Origin: Terracidiphilus sp.
Lineage (GTDB): Bacteria > Acidobacteriota > Terriglobia > Terriglobales > Acidobacteriaceae
Direction: 5' to 3'
NCBI GenBank assembly: GCA_050014335.1
Contig: JBEKDN010000001.1
Span: forward strand, 1,980-65,979
DNA: 64,000 bases
Positions 18,008 to 26,871 of the stretch are shown piece by piece. The translations under genes were made by a program, and so were the position numbers. The notes beneath the pieces were generated by a model, which searched no databases, was not told where the DNA came from, and saw nothing but the letters and a program-made list of their open reading frames with translations. Numbering within the stretch: position 1 is the stretch's first letter; each line of letters begins with the position of its first letter.

Positions 18008-19087
18008 ATGCGCGTGCTGTTTGCTACTAGTTATCCGTACCTGCCCCAGGCATTCAGCGGCGCCAAGATTTCCACGCACGCACTTGCGGTAGCCCTCAGG
18101 CAGCGAGACTTTCAAGTGGGTGTCCTGGGAGGGCTGCGGTCTGGAGACTGGTCCTGGTTCAGGAATCGGGTTATCTCGAAATTACGGGGTAGAGACGTAC
18201 TCACCAGGAACAAGTTTTGTGGTTATCCTGTCTTCAGAGGTTGGGGAACCGCCGGCATTCCGGAAGCGGTTAATAAATTCAAGCCAGATATCGTTCTTCT
18301 GCAAACATGCCCTCTTCGGGCATATGCTGACCTATTCATCGGCCTTGGGCTTCCCGTCATCATTTGCCTCCGCGACGCTACCTTTTGGGGCGGGAACCTC
18401 ATCGAACATCCGTCTCTTCGCTACATTGCCAATTCCGGGTTTATCGCTGGCAAGCTGCGCAATGTCTATGGTATTGAGTCGGAGGTTATCGCACCTTTAG
18501 TCTTGCCCGACCAATGCCAGATATCTACCACGAGAGAAAGCGTGCTGTTCGTGAATCCGGTGGAGGATAAGGGCGTTGAGATTGCTCTGAGTTTGGCCGA
18601 AGCGCGGCCGGACATTCCCTTTGAATTCGTTGAGTGCTGGGAACGCAGCGCAGCGCTACGTCGCAGCGAAAGGGTGCTGCGGTCAAAGAACATTCACTGG
18701 CACAAGCCTCGACTCAACGCAGCCGCTATCTACCGCAGAGCCAAACTGCTTTTAATGCCAAGTCAATGGGAAGAAGCATGGGGACGGTGCGCAACAGAAG
18801 CACATTTAAATGGAATCCCGGTGCTTGCTTCGCGGATCGGCGGCCTGCCTGAATCCGTTGGCTCGGGCGGCATTCTCGTTGACCCGAAGGCTCCAATCGA
18901 AGACTGGCTTGCGGCTCTGTCAAAAATGTGGGATGACAAACAGCAATACGACGCCCTCTCGCAAGAGGCGCTGAAGTATTCCCGGCGGCCGCAGATCCAG
19001 CCAGAGCTTCTGGTGGATCGCATGGCACAGTCAATCAGGGAGCACGCAGACGTGGGACAACGCCTTACTTTGGCGCATACTGGATGA
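18008..19087 (+). CDS. glycosyltransferase family 4
   Basis: ATG 18008 gives MRVLFATSYPY... The C-terminal EEAWGRCATEAHLNGIPVLASRIGGLPE is an E-x7-E-like region. Confidence 0.75.
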   Translation: MRVLFATSYPYLPQAFSGAKISTHALAVALRQRDFQVGVLGGLRSGDWSWFRNRVISKLRGRDVLTRNKFCGYPVFRGWGTAGIPEAVNKFKPDIVLLQTCPLRAYADLFIGLGLPVIICLRDATFWGGNLIEHPSLRYIANSGFIAGKLRNVYGIESEVIAPLVLPDQCQISTTRESVLFVNPVEDKGVEIALSLAEARPDIPFEFVECWERSAALRRSERVLRSKNIHWHKPRLNAAAIYRRAKLLLMPSQWEEAWGRCATEAHLNGIPVLASRIGGLPESVGSGGILVDPKAPIEDWLAALSKMWDDKQQYDALSQEALKYSRRPQIQPELLVDRMAQSIREHADVGQRLTLAHTG

Positions 19088-19141
19088 TCGGCGTAGTCGA
19101 TAGATATTGCAAAAGTAGATCTTCCGCAAGTGGTTCTCCTT

Positions 19142-20158
19142 TCATGCGGAACGATCAAGATCAACGTGTTTTGTTAGACCAAGACGTTGCAAATTGCGGA
19201 TGATCAATCGCTGATCGTAATCCGTCCATTTCTCGATGAACGCGGAAAGATTCCGAATTTTCACGGAGCCATAACGATTGCGGCGAGGAACCTCCGCTTT
19301 CAAAAAGGGACATCGCAAACTGGAAATCAGAACGTCCCATAAATACAATGTATTATTCACATCGCGCCCTCTAATCGCTTCATCGTGTTCGTGCCCCTGA
19401 TATCTCTCGGCTGCGGCGCGCGCCGCGAGATTTGAAATGTAAGCTTTCTGCCGAAGTCCGCGCTTTCTTGCAAGCGCCGATATTCCCAGTTCACAACGTT
19501 GAATCAATTTTTCCTTATTGACGATATAGCGGAAGTTGCGCCAAAATTCTTCAATAAATTGTTGGGTTGCATAGTTAATATCCCATACAAGAAAATATGA
19601 CTGAAGGTGCGAGTAGCCTTCCAGATTCTCTGTGACACCATACATATCGGCGTTCACAAACTGAGAGAACATCTCTGATAGGTCAAAGAGCGGCCCGTAT
19701 ACGCTATCATTGGCAAAGATGCACTGATCGAACCACCCCAGATTCCATCCTTTTTCTTGCATCTGCTGCCATGCCAGATTCCAGGAACCGAAATCCAGCG
19801 ATAACGAATTGCACGTGTAAATCCCGGCGCACAGCGGTGCAATTCTGGCAGCGGCTTCCGGCGTTAGTTGTGGCGATCCCGACACGAAAATGATTTCCGA
19901 TCCAAGCTCGTGAAGCTTTTCAAGATAGAAGCGAACATAATCATCGACCTCGTCGCGAGGATCGTAGTGAGCAAATAGCAAAAGCTTTTTCGCGCCGCCG
20001 CGCGGTCTGTCGGGCAGATCCTTCAGAGTCCGCGCCGTCATTCGGATAGCATTTCTGTCAACTTTATATCGCAGAGCGGTCAGATGATCCATCGCCAATC
20101 CGCACCCTCGGTGCAACTTCGCCAGGACCTTGTGGACTGTTATCTTTCTTAGATCCAT
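19142..20158 (-). CDS. rhamnan-synthesis protein F (RgpF)-like glycosyltransferase
   Basis: LLLFAHYDPRDEVDDYV, DFGSW, ANDSVYGP and HLQSYF blocks, as in PF05045-type proteins. Confidence 0.7.
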   Translation of the reverse strand: MDLRKITVHKVLAKLHRGCGLAMDHLTALRYKVDRNAIRMTARTLKDLPDRPRGGAKKLLLFAHYDPRDEVDDYVRFYLEKLHELGSEIIFVSGSPQLTPEAAARIAPLCAGIYTCNSLSLDFGSWNLAWQQMQEKGWNLGWFDQCIFANDSVYGPLFDLSEMFSQFVNADMYGVTENLEGYSHLQSYFLVWDINYATQQFIEEFWRNFRYIVNKEKLIQRCELGISALARKRGLRQKAYISNLAARAAAERYQGHEHDEAIRGRDVNNTLYLWDVLISSLRCPFLKAEVPRRNRYGSVKIRNLSAFIEKWTDYDQRLIIRNLQRLGLTKHVDLDRSA

Positions 20159-20248
20159 CTATTCTCCTAAGATTTGTTTCAAATCCATATTGGTCACGTT
20201 CTGTGGCGCGCGGAGATTATTTCTTATCCTTGTCCCAAAGGCGACGAG

Positions 20249-21286
20249 TCATTTCTCTCCGCGCGCCATCGCATATCTCCAGACTACGGCCGCCAAGAGT
20301 CTTGGCATCCGAAACTCGGAACGATAAGCCCCTTTTTTGTTTATCCAGCCATGCCAGGTTCCCGCCAGGATTGCATTGCAAGCGTCTTGATTTTCCCTGC
20401 ATGCGCGCAAATTCCGCATCATCCTGTCAAATGCCCACCACGACCGCCTCAGAGCACCAATTGGCCCCAGATGCTTTCTCCAGAACCAATACTCGTTTCG
20501 GGCCCAGTAATACCAATAATGCGGCTTCATTTCCAATGGATTGTTGTTTCTGTTCTTCTCTTCGTGCCGCACTATATGATTCTCATCGACTATATTGCGA
20601 AACCCTGCCTGGGAACTACGCAACGAATAATCAATGTCTTCAAAGTATGCGAAGAATCTTTCATCCAACATGCCTATCTTTCGAATTAGCGATGTCTTGA
20701 CAAGCATCGCCGTGCCCAGAGCCAAGCCGGCATTTGGATACTTTTCAGCCCAGCGCCGCGCCTCTTCCGGATCGCAAGTCTCATCGTAGATGACAGGATT
20801 TACCGAACAGACGCCGCCGCAATAGGTCAAGCGTTTCTCAACGCCCGGCACGGCGATCCTTGGTGTCGCTAAACCGATCTTCGGGTCGCTTTCGGCCAGC
20901 GCAACCAACGACTGGAGTGTATCTTTATCCACGACCTCCGAATCGTTATTCAGAAGCCAAACATAGTCCACGCCGGCAGCCAACGCGTGCTTGAATCCCT
21001 CGTTGCAGCCGCCGGTATAGCCCCGATTTTCCGGCAGTTCCAGCAGATCAACTCGATCGCCGCAAAAGCTTCTCAAATGCTCAACAGATCCATCTGCAGA
21101 TCCGTTGTCGATCATCAAGACGCGTAGGTTCCAGTAGTTCAGACGCAACACCGATTCGACCGAATTCAATGTTGCTTTCCATCCGTTCCAATTGAGAGTC
21201 ACCACCAAGACCGAAGGCTGCGATACGCCGACAGCGCCTCTTTCTTCGCGTGACATATCGATTCCCCTCTCAAAACGCATAGACAA
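20249..21286 (-). CDS. glycosyltransferase family 2
   Basis: VLVVTLNWNG...LMIDNGSADGS (DxD-type GT-A N-terminus) and LLNNDSEV. Confidence 0.8.
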   Translation of the reverse strand: MSMRFERGIDMSREERGAVGVSQPSVLVVTLNWNGWKATLNSVESVLRLNYWNLRVLMIDNGSADGSVEHLRSFCGDRVDLLELPENRGYTGGCNEGFKHALAAGVDYVWLLNNDSEVVDKDTLQSLVALAESDPKIGLATPRIAVPGVEKRLTYCGGVCSVNPVIYDETCDPEEARRWAEKYPNAGLALGTAMLVKTSLIRKIGMLDERFFAYFEDIDYSLRSSQAGFRNIVDENHIVRHEEKNRNNNPLEMKPHYWYYWARNEYWFWRKHLGPIGALRRSWWAFDRMMRNLRACRENQDACNAILAGTWHGWINKKGAYRSEFRMPRLLAAVVWRYAMARGEK

Positions 21287-22132
21287 TTACTTCTTCGCTA
21301 AATCGAGCAGGCGCGGATCCCAAAGAATAGAAGCAATATTTTCATTATGCATAGCAAATTCACGGCCCGCCTGCGCGTGAAAACGGAAGAACTCAACCGA
21401 AGTGAGTTCACCGGGGAACAACCAATCGTGTGGCTCCATCAAGATGAGGGGGAATTGATTCAAATCAGAAGCGGAACCTGCGAACAACGATTTCTCCGCA
21501 CCCTCGATATCTACTTTGAGAAGGAACGGAACATATTCGGAACTTGGTTTAGAGGCCAAGATAGTTTTGAGTGAAATAATATTGATTCCGATACCGTCGC
21601 GGGAGTTATTTGTTCTGCACCCCAGTGTGCCATCAGGGTTGTTCATCCACGCTTTGCCGTCGATTGAACCGATTCCCGCCTCTCTCAAGTCCACATCGAA
21701 TCCAGAGCAATTCTTGAAAAGCAATGCGAAGTTCGCTGGCGATGGTTCCACGGCAACGATGTGGGCTTCGGGATATCGCGCCGTGAACCACAAAACACTG
21801 GCCCCGATATTAGCCCCGCAATCCACGATCAATGGCTTCTTTCCCGAGGCAATAATTTCGCGATAGATTCGCTCAGTGAGTACACCATGCGCGCCCGTGG
21901 GAATATCGTACTGACATTCGCAGAAGCACTGATCGATCGCAAGCTTGTCATAACTCCATCTCCGGTGCACGATGGAGAAATTTCGCTGCCTGCACGATGC
22001 GCGAGTCACTGTCCATTCGAGCGGCAAGTCAGGGTGCCTTAGTCGACGGGCGAGATGGATGAGTGCCTGGATCGGGCGATAAAACAGCCGACCCAACGGT
22101 GTGGCCGTTAATCTATTCATTTCCAAGCGCAT
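21287..22132 (-). CDS. FkbM-family SAM-dependent methyltransferase
   Basis: IVDCGANIGASVLWF...IVAVEPSPANF motif. Starting at ATG 22132 avoids a 31-nt overlap with the upstream gene. Its stop abuts the GT2 start. Confidence 0.7.
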   Translation of the reverse strand: MRLEMNRLTATPLGRLFYRPIQALIHLARRLRHPDLPLEWTVTRASCRQRNFSIVHRRWSYDKLAIDQCFCECQYDIPTGAHGVLTERIYREIIASGKKPLIVDCGANIGASVLWFTARYPEAHIVAVEPSPANFALLFKNCSGFDVDLREAGIGSIDGKAWMNNPDGTLGCRTNNSRDGIGINIISLKTILASKPSSEYVPFLLKVDIEGAEKSLFAGSASDLNQFPLILMEPHDWLFPGELTSVEFFRFHAQAGREFAMHNENIASILWDPRLLDLAKK

Positions 22133-22173
22133 TTTGAACCTCTCACAAGCTAGTGGCACGGGTATGAAAACGA

Positions 22174-23211
22174 TTACGGCCAATATTTCCCCGTGACGCG
22201 GCACACCGAAGTTTGAACACGAAAGCGGTTCCAGCTTTGACCGCCAATCCCAATTCGCCTAACATCTGTCGGGGATATCTTCCCCTGCAAATTCACTCCG
22301 CCATAAAATGAAAAGGCAGCCCGGTAGCCCGCCTCGCGCGCGGCCTTTTGGGTTTGTTCCGTAAAACTTGTTTTGCCGCCCACCGGGTAAGCAATTGCGT
22401 CAGGCGCGGCGCCAAGTTTCTCCATCAGAATTTCCCTCGATTTCGATAACTCCTCTAACTGTTTTATTGGTTCCAATTGACTCAACACATGGTGCGAGTG
22501 CGTATGGGAGCCGATCGCCATGCCGCCTGCAATCATCTCGCGCGCTTCATCCCAATTCAAAAAGCGCCGCAGCGTTTCAGGTAATTCTCTACCTTTTGCC
22601 GCATCAGACAGCTCTTGCATAAATCGCGCGGGATCGGAATTCTCAGGCCTTTTATATAATCGCAAGACTTCACGCAAGCATTTTTCAAGGCCTTTTTCAT
22701 CCATGTCCACGGTTAGATCGCATGGATAATGCAGGGAGAAGCTGCGCTTTTGCGCGGTCTTTATCAAGTAGGCAATCCGATCCCACCAGGGAAGATGACA
22801 GGAACCAACCATACTTGTCGCAACAAAGAAAACTCCTTGCACACCATGCGAACGCAGAACAGGAAACGCGAGACTATAGTTATCCAGATAGCCGTCGTCA
22901 AATGTTATCAGAACGCGGCAACTGCGAGTTTCTTCTTTGCTTGTTCCGTCGATAAATGCCAGCGCCTCTTCCAGAGTTATCAAAGAAACGCGGCGCTTCA
23001 AATAGGAAATCTGATGGTCAAGCTCATCGGCAGTCGCTGAAAAAACTCCCGGATCGAAGAGATCGTCTTTAGCGTTCCCGATGCGATGATAATTCAAAAC
23101 CAGTAGCGAATTGCGCGCTGGAAGCTGCGAAAAAAGAAAAGATGCGCCGCTCCAGAACAGGCCGCGCGCTAACCATTCACGTTTTCCGCCCATGCTTGAA
23201 CCGCCCGTCAT
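22174..23211 (-). CDS. polysaccharide deacetylase (NodB-homology, CE4)
   Basis: LITFDDGYLDNY, the HGVQGVFFV block, and the later histidine-rich IGSHTHSHHVL. Confidence 0.8.
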   Translation of the reverse strand: MTGGSSMGGKREWLARGLFWSGASFLFSQLPARNSLLVLNYHRIGNAKDDLFDPGVFSATADELDHQISYLKRRVSLITLEEALAFIDGTSKEETRSCRVLITFDDGYLDNYSLAFPVLRSHGVQGVFFVATSMVGSCHLPWWDRIAYLIKTAQKRSFSLHYPCDLTVDMDEKGLEKCLREVLRLYKRPENSDPARFMQELSDAAKGRELPETLRRFLNWDEAREMIAGGMAIGSHTHSHHVLSQLEPIKQLEELSKSREILMEKLGAAPDAIAYPVGGKTSFTEQTQKAAREAGYRAAFSFYGGVNLQGKISPTDVRRIGIGGQSWNRFRVQTSVCRVTGKYWP

Positions 23212-23273
23212 AATTACCGATCATAGCAGCAGATTATATTTCTCAAAGGTCGGTGCGGCGAGCGCCGGAAAGT

Positions 23274-23948
23274 TCATGCACGCGTATTCCCACCGCGCGC
23301 TCGCAGCACAAACTCACGTACTTTGGCCGGATCCTTGCGACCCGGCGCAGTCTCAACACCTGAGACCGCATCCACGCCCCAGGGGCGCAGCGTGGAGATT
23401 GCCTCGCTTACATTCTCCGGGGTAAGCCCGCCCGCGGCAATCAGCTTGCACGCTCTCGCATCTTGAAAAAGAGTTTCGCGGCCGGCAACCCAGTCAAAGG
23501 CCACACCTGTACCACCAGCGGCTTTGGCCGCACGCGAGTCCACCAACACCGCATCCACGTGAGTGTCCCGAGAGTAGGCGGCGATTCGCATCTCACACAT
23601 CTCAGAACTCTCGCCGCCAAAGTGGAGGACCCGCAAAATGCGCAGTTCCGGCCTCAGCCGTTCGTGAATCCTTGCCGGCAACTCAGGCGGCGCGTCAAAG
23701 TGCAATTGCACACCGGTCAATCCGCAGTCTTCAACTGTGGAGGAAATCGCGTCTAGTGTTGTATCGACAAAAACTCCGATCTTTTCCACCTTCGCGGGCA
23801 GATGCGAAACAATAACCGCTGCTTGCGCCGCGGAAACCCGTCGCGGACTGGGCGCAAAGACAAAGCCGAGCGCGTCAGCACCCGCTTCAACTCCCAGCAG
23901 CGCGTCTTCGATCGAAGTATTTCCGCAGATCTTGATCCAGATACTCAT
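23274..23948 (-). CDS. trpF: phosphoribosylanthranilate isomerase
   Basis: IKICGNTSIEDA...GADALGFVFAPSPRRV. Overlaps the trpC stop by 4 nt. Confidence 0.9.
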   Translation of the reverse strand: MSIWIKICGNTSIEDALLGVEAGADALGFVFAPSPRRVSAAQAAVIVSHLPAKVEKIGVFVDTTLDAISSTVEDCGLTGVQLHFDAPPELPARIHERLRPELRILRVLHFGGESSEMCEMRIAAYSRDTHVDAVLVDSRAAKAAGGTGVAFDWVAGRETLFQDARACKLIAAGGLTPENVSEAISTLRPWGVDAVSGVETAPGRKDPAKVREFVLRARGGNTRA

Positions 23949-24754
23949 AAGGCTCCGGCCGCTGCCAGCAGCGCCGCCAGCGCCGCTCCCGGATCGGGCT
24001 GGCGCATCAGGCTCTCGCCAATCAGGAAAGCATCGAATCCCGCCGCGCGCAGCCTCGCCACCTCTTGGGGTGCGGCGATCCCGCTCTCAGCCACACGGAC
24101 GACGCCCGCGGGAATCCACTCGACCAACTCAAGCGAAGTCTCCAGCCGCACCGCAAAGCTCTTCAGGTCGCGATTGTTCACACCGATGGCGTCCGCGCCC
24201 GTCTCACCCAGCGATGAAAGCACTCGTTCCAACTCTTCGCCCGTATGAACCTCGACCAACACATCGAGCGCAAGGCCGTGAGCCAGCCGTGCATAACGGC
24301 GGAGTTCAATGTCACTGAGCGCGGCGGCGATCAGCAGAATCGCGTCCGCGTGGTGCGCGCGCGCCTCTGCGATCTGGTACTCATCCACCATGAAATCCTT
24401 GCGCAGGCAGGGAAGCGGAACCGCCGCTGAAGCCAACTCGAGGTTGCGCATGCTGCCCTGAAAAAACGGCTCGTCGGTCAATACGGAAAGCGCCGCGGCA
24501 CCGCCCGCATGATAGCGCGCCGCCAGTCGTGCCGCATCGAAATCCGCGCGGATCAGGCCCTTGGACGGCGAGGCCTTCTTGACTTCGGCAATCACCGCTG
24601 GCCCAGCCGCCGCCCGTTGCCGCAAGGCTTTGGCCCAACCCCGGGGCTCATGCAAAGCTGCACGCCGTTCCACATCCGCCAAGGGGACACGAATTTTGGC
24701 CGCAGCCACCGTGTCCCGCGTTGAAGCCAGTATTTTGTCCAGATGACTCAACAT
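23945..24754 (-). CDS. trpC: indole-3-glycerol-phosphate synthase
   Basis: IAEVKKASPSKGLI, LSVLTDEPFFQGS, CLRKDFMVDEYQI and GVNNRDL motifs. Confidence 0.9.
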   Translation of the reverse strand: MLSHLDKILASTRDTVAAAKIRVPLADVERRAALHEPRGWAKALRQRAAAGPAVIAEVKKASPSKGLIRADFDAARLAARYHAGGAAALSVLTDEPFFQGSMRNLELASAAVPLPCLRKDFMVDEYQIAEARAHHADAILLIAAALSDIELRRYARLAHGLALDVLVEVHTGEELERVLSSLGETGADAIGVNNRDLKSFAVRLETSLELVEWIPAGVVRVAESGIAAPQEVARLRAAGFDAFLIGESLMRQPDPGAALAALLAAAGAL

Positions 24755-24843
24755 ACGCTAAGTCGAGTATACGAGAGACTGAGCCTGATCCCCGCACCCC
24801 ATTTCCCGTGGAGCCGGTAGATGCCGTAAACTTCATAGCACGG

Positions 24844-25620
24844 ATGCATGCGCAGATTGAGAGTCTCGTAAAGTTGCAAGCGGTGGAGTTGGAACACACC
24901 CGCCTCACCCAAGCCTCGCGCGCCTTGCCTGCTGAGATAGCACAGGCTCAGGCCGCTCTGACCGCCGCCGAACGCCTGGCCGCCGAAGCCTCCGCCGCGC
25001 TCACCCGCGAAGAGTCTCTCCGCGCCCGCCTTGATCGCGAAATCGACACGCATCGCAAAAAAGCCGCCCGCTATCGCGCTCAGCAAGATTCCGTCACCAA
25101 TGCCGAGCAGGCCAGCGCCGTCGAGCATGAACTTCGCTTTGCGGAAACCGAGGCGGAACGCCTGGAAAACGAAGAATTCGCCAGCCTTGAACGCACTGAA
25201 GCTGAGGAGGCCGCGCTCGCCGCAGCCCGCGCCAAGGTCGAACTCCTGGCCTCCGCCCTGGAAAAGACTCGCGCGCGCGTCTCGCTGCGTCAGGCCGAAT
25301 ACGCCGCCGAACTGGCCGCGCTTAACGTCGAGCGCGAGGCCCTCCGTCCGCTCATTGAGCCCGAATCGCTCATCCGATTCGATCGTCTCTGCACCTCGCG
25401 CGGCACCGGTTTGGCCCGCGTTGAAAACCAGCAGTGCACCGGCTGCCGCATGGGCGTCCGACCGCAAACCTGGAACCAGCTCCGCGAGGGCGAATTGCTC
25501 ACCTGCGACAGTTGCAGCCGCCTTCTCTATTGGGATCCGTCGATGGCCCCAGCACCGGACCCGGCGCCGCAAGATTCCAAGCTTAAACGAAAGACCTCCA
25601 AGCCGCGCGTGGAAGTCTAG
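24844..25620 (+). CDS. coiled-coil C4 zinc-ribbon protein (COG1579/DUF164-like)
   Basis: ATG 24844 gives MHAQIESLVKLQAVELE... A long heptad-rich region is followed by CTGCRM...CDSCSRLLYW. Confidence 0.75.
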   Translation: MHAQIESLVKLQAVELEHTRLTQASRALPAEIAQAQAALTAAERLAAEASAALTREESLRARLDREIDTHRKKAARYRAQQDSVTNAEQASAVEHELRFAETEAERLENEEFASLERTEAEEAALAAARAKVELLASALEKTRARVSLRQAEYAAELAALNVEREALRPLIEPESLIRFDRLCTSRGTGLARVENQQCTGCRMGVRPQTWNQLREGELLTCDSCSRLLYWDPSMAPAPDPAPQDSKLKRKTSKPRVEV

Positions 25621-25674
25621 CTGGACCGCCCTTCCTGCTACCCTTTTCTTGGCGACTGAATTCAGGAGCAACTC

Positions 25675-26211
25675 GTGCAGCGCATCTGCGTCGACATGGA
25701 TGAGGTCATGGCGGACACCCTCGCCGAGCACATCCGCCGCTACAACCAGACCTTCGACGAGGAAGTCACTACCGGCGATCTAGCCGGCAAGGGACTGTGG
25801 GAGGTCGCGCCCCTGGACCGTCAGTTGCAACTCCGCGCCTTTCTTGACGCCGAGGATTTCTTCGAGGATCTGGCCCTCATGCCCGGCGCGCAAACCGTCC
25901 TTGAGCAGTTATCCACGCGCTTCGAGGTCTTCATCGCCACGCAGGCCATGGCCGTTCCCAACTCCCTCGGCCCCAAATACCGCTGGCTGCAGCGCCACTT
26001 CCCCTTTATCCCGCCCAGCCACTACGTCTTCTGCGGCAACAAGTCCATTCTGCGCGCCGACTTTCTCATCGACGATTTACCCAAGAACCTTCTTCGCTTT
26101 GAAGGCCAGGGCCTGCTCTACACCGCCCCGCACAATCTGACTGCCAGCGGCTTCCTCCGCGTCAACAACTGGGAAGAAGTCGCAGCATACTTCGCATCCA
26201 TCCCCTGCTGA
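25675..26211 (+). CDS. 5'(3')-deoxyribonucleotidase-like HAD phosphatase
   Basis: N-terminal ICVDMDEVMAD (DxD nucleophile motif) and a size of 178 aa. Confidence 0.7.
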   Translation: MQRICVDMDEVMADTLAEHIRRYNQTFDEEVTTGDLAGKGLWEVAPLDRQLQLRAFLDAEDFFEDLALMPGAQTVLEQLSTRFEVFIATQAMAVPNSLGPKYRWLQRHFPFIPPSHYVFCGNKSILRADFLIDDLPKNLLRFEGQGLLYTAPHNLTASGFLRVNNWEEVAAYFASIPC

Positions 26212-26253
26212 ATGCGGCACCTGCTGAATGCGATAACTCGCAATGCGACTTTG

Positions 26254-26766
26254 TTAAATCGGATGCGGAGAGGTCAGGCGCGCGCTATCGACGTTGTCTG
26301 GCGTATCGGTGACCGATCTGCCCTCTTTGTAGGCGAATTTCTGATAGTAGGTGCCGACTTTGCGGAGTACATCCTGCCAGCCGTCCGCCCAGGTAACGCG
26401 CGCCTCGCCGTTCACATAGACCCAATGACCGTGTTCGTGATTCCAGGAACGCCAGGCATCGCCGTTATCCTCGAGGGTAATTGTGAATGTGCTTCCCATT
26501 CCGTCGCCAACCTCCCACTTGCCCAGAAAGCGTGTGCGCGAGGGCAATTGGGTGCCTGCGGGGGGATTGTCAGTAGCGGCATCCGCGCTTACGGGAAACT
26601 CCACCCGCTCGATCTCAGAGAGTTTGTAGCTCTGCCGGTGGCCATCCTTGAAGACGATCACGATTGTGCCCGAGCCGCTCTTCGAGGAGGACGGCGTCAC
26701 CGCGAAGCCGGAAGCTGCAAAACTAAGCATGGTAGCCAGACTGGCGACCCCGACAATTAAACGCAT
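26254..26766 (-). CDS. hypothetical secreted protein
   Basis: ATG 26766 gives the signal peptide MRLIVGVASLATMLSFAASGFA. Lies 105 nt downstream of the malectin regulator gene on the same strand. Confidence 0.55.
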   Translation of the reverse strand: MRLIVGVASLATMLSFAASGFAVTPSSSKSGSGTIVIVFKDGHRQSYKLSEIERVEFPVSADAATDNPPAGTQLPSRTRFLGKWEVGDGMGSTFTITLEDNGDAWRSWNHEHGHWVYVNGEARVTWADGWQDVLRKVGTYYQKFAYKEGRSVTDTPDNVDSARLTSPHPI

Positions 26767-26871
26767 ACGATTCTCCTTTACAATCACCGGCGCGGCAAAG
26801 CTTCACCTCCGCCTGCGCCACTCTCTTCTACGCGGCCCGTAGATCATTTGTTCCCTGAAAATCTCCGCGTA

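Noticed and set aside
23274-24754. trpF-trpC pair without the other trp genes, considered as an unusual operon split
   Set aside because: Dispersed trp genes are common in many phyla. Both genes look intact and ordinary.
24748-25731. 327-aa minus-strand ORF
   Set aside because: It lies entirely antisense to the zinc-ribbon gene. It is Gly/Ala/Arg-rich and low in complexity, a typical shadow ORF of GC-rich coding DNA.
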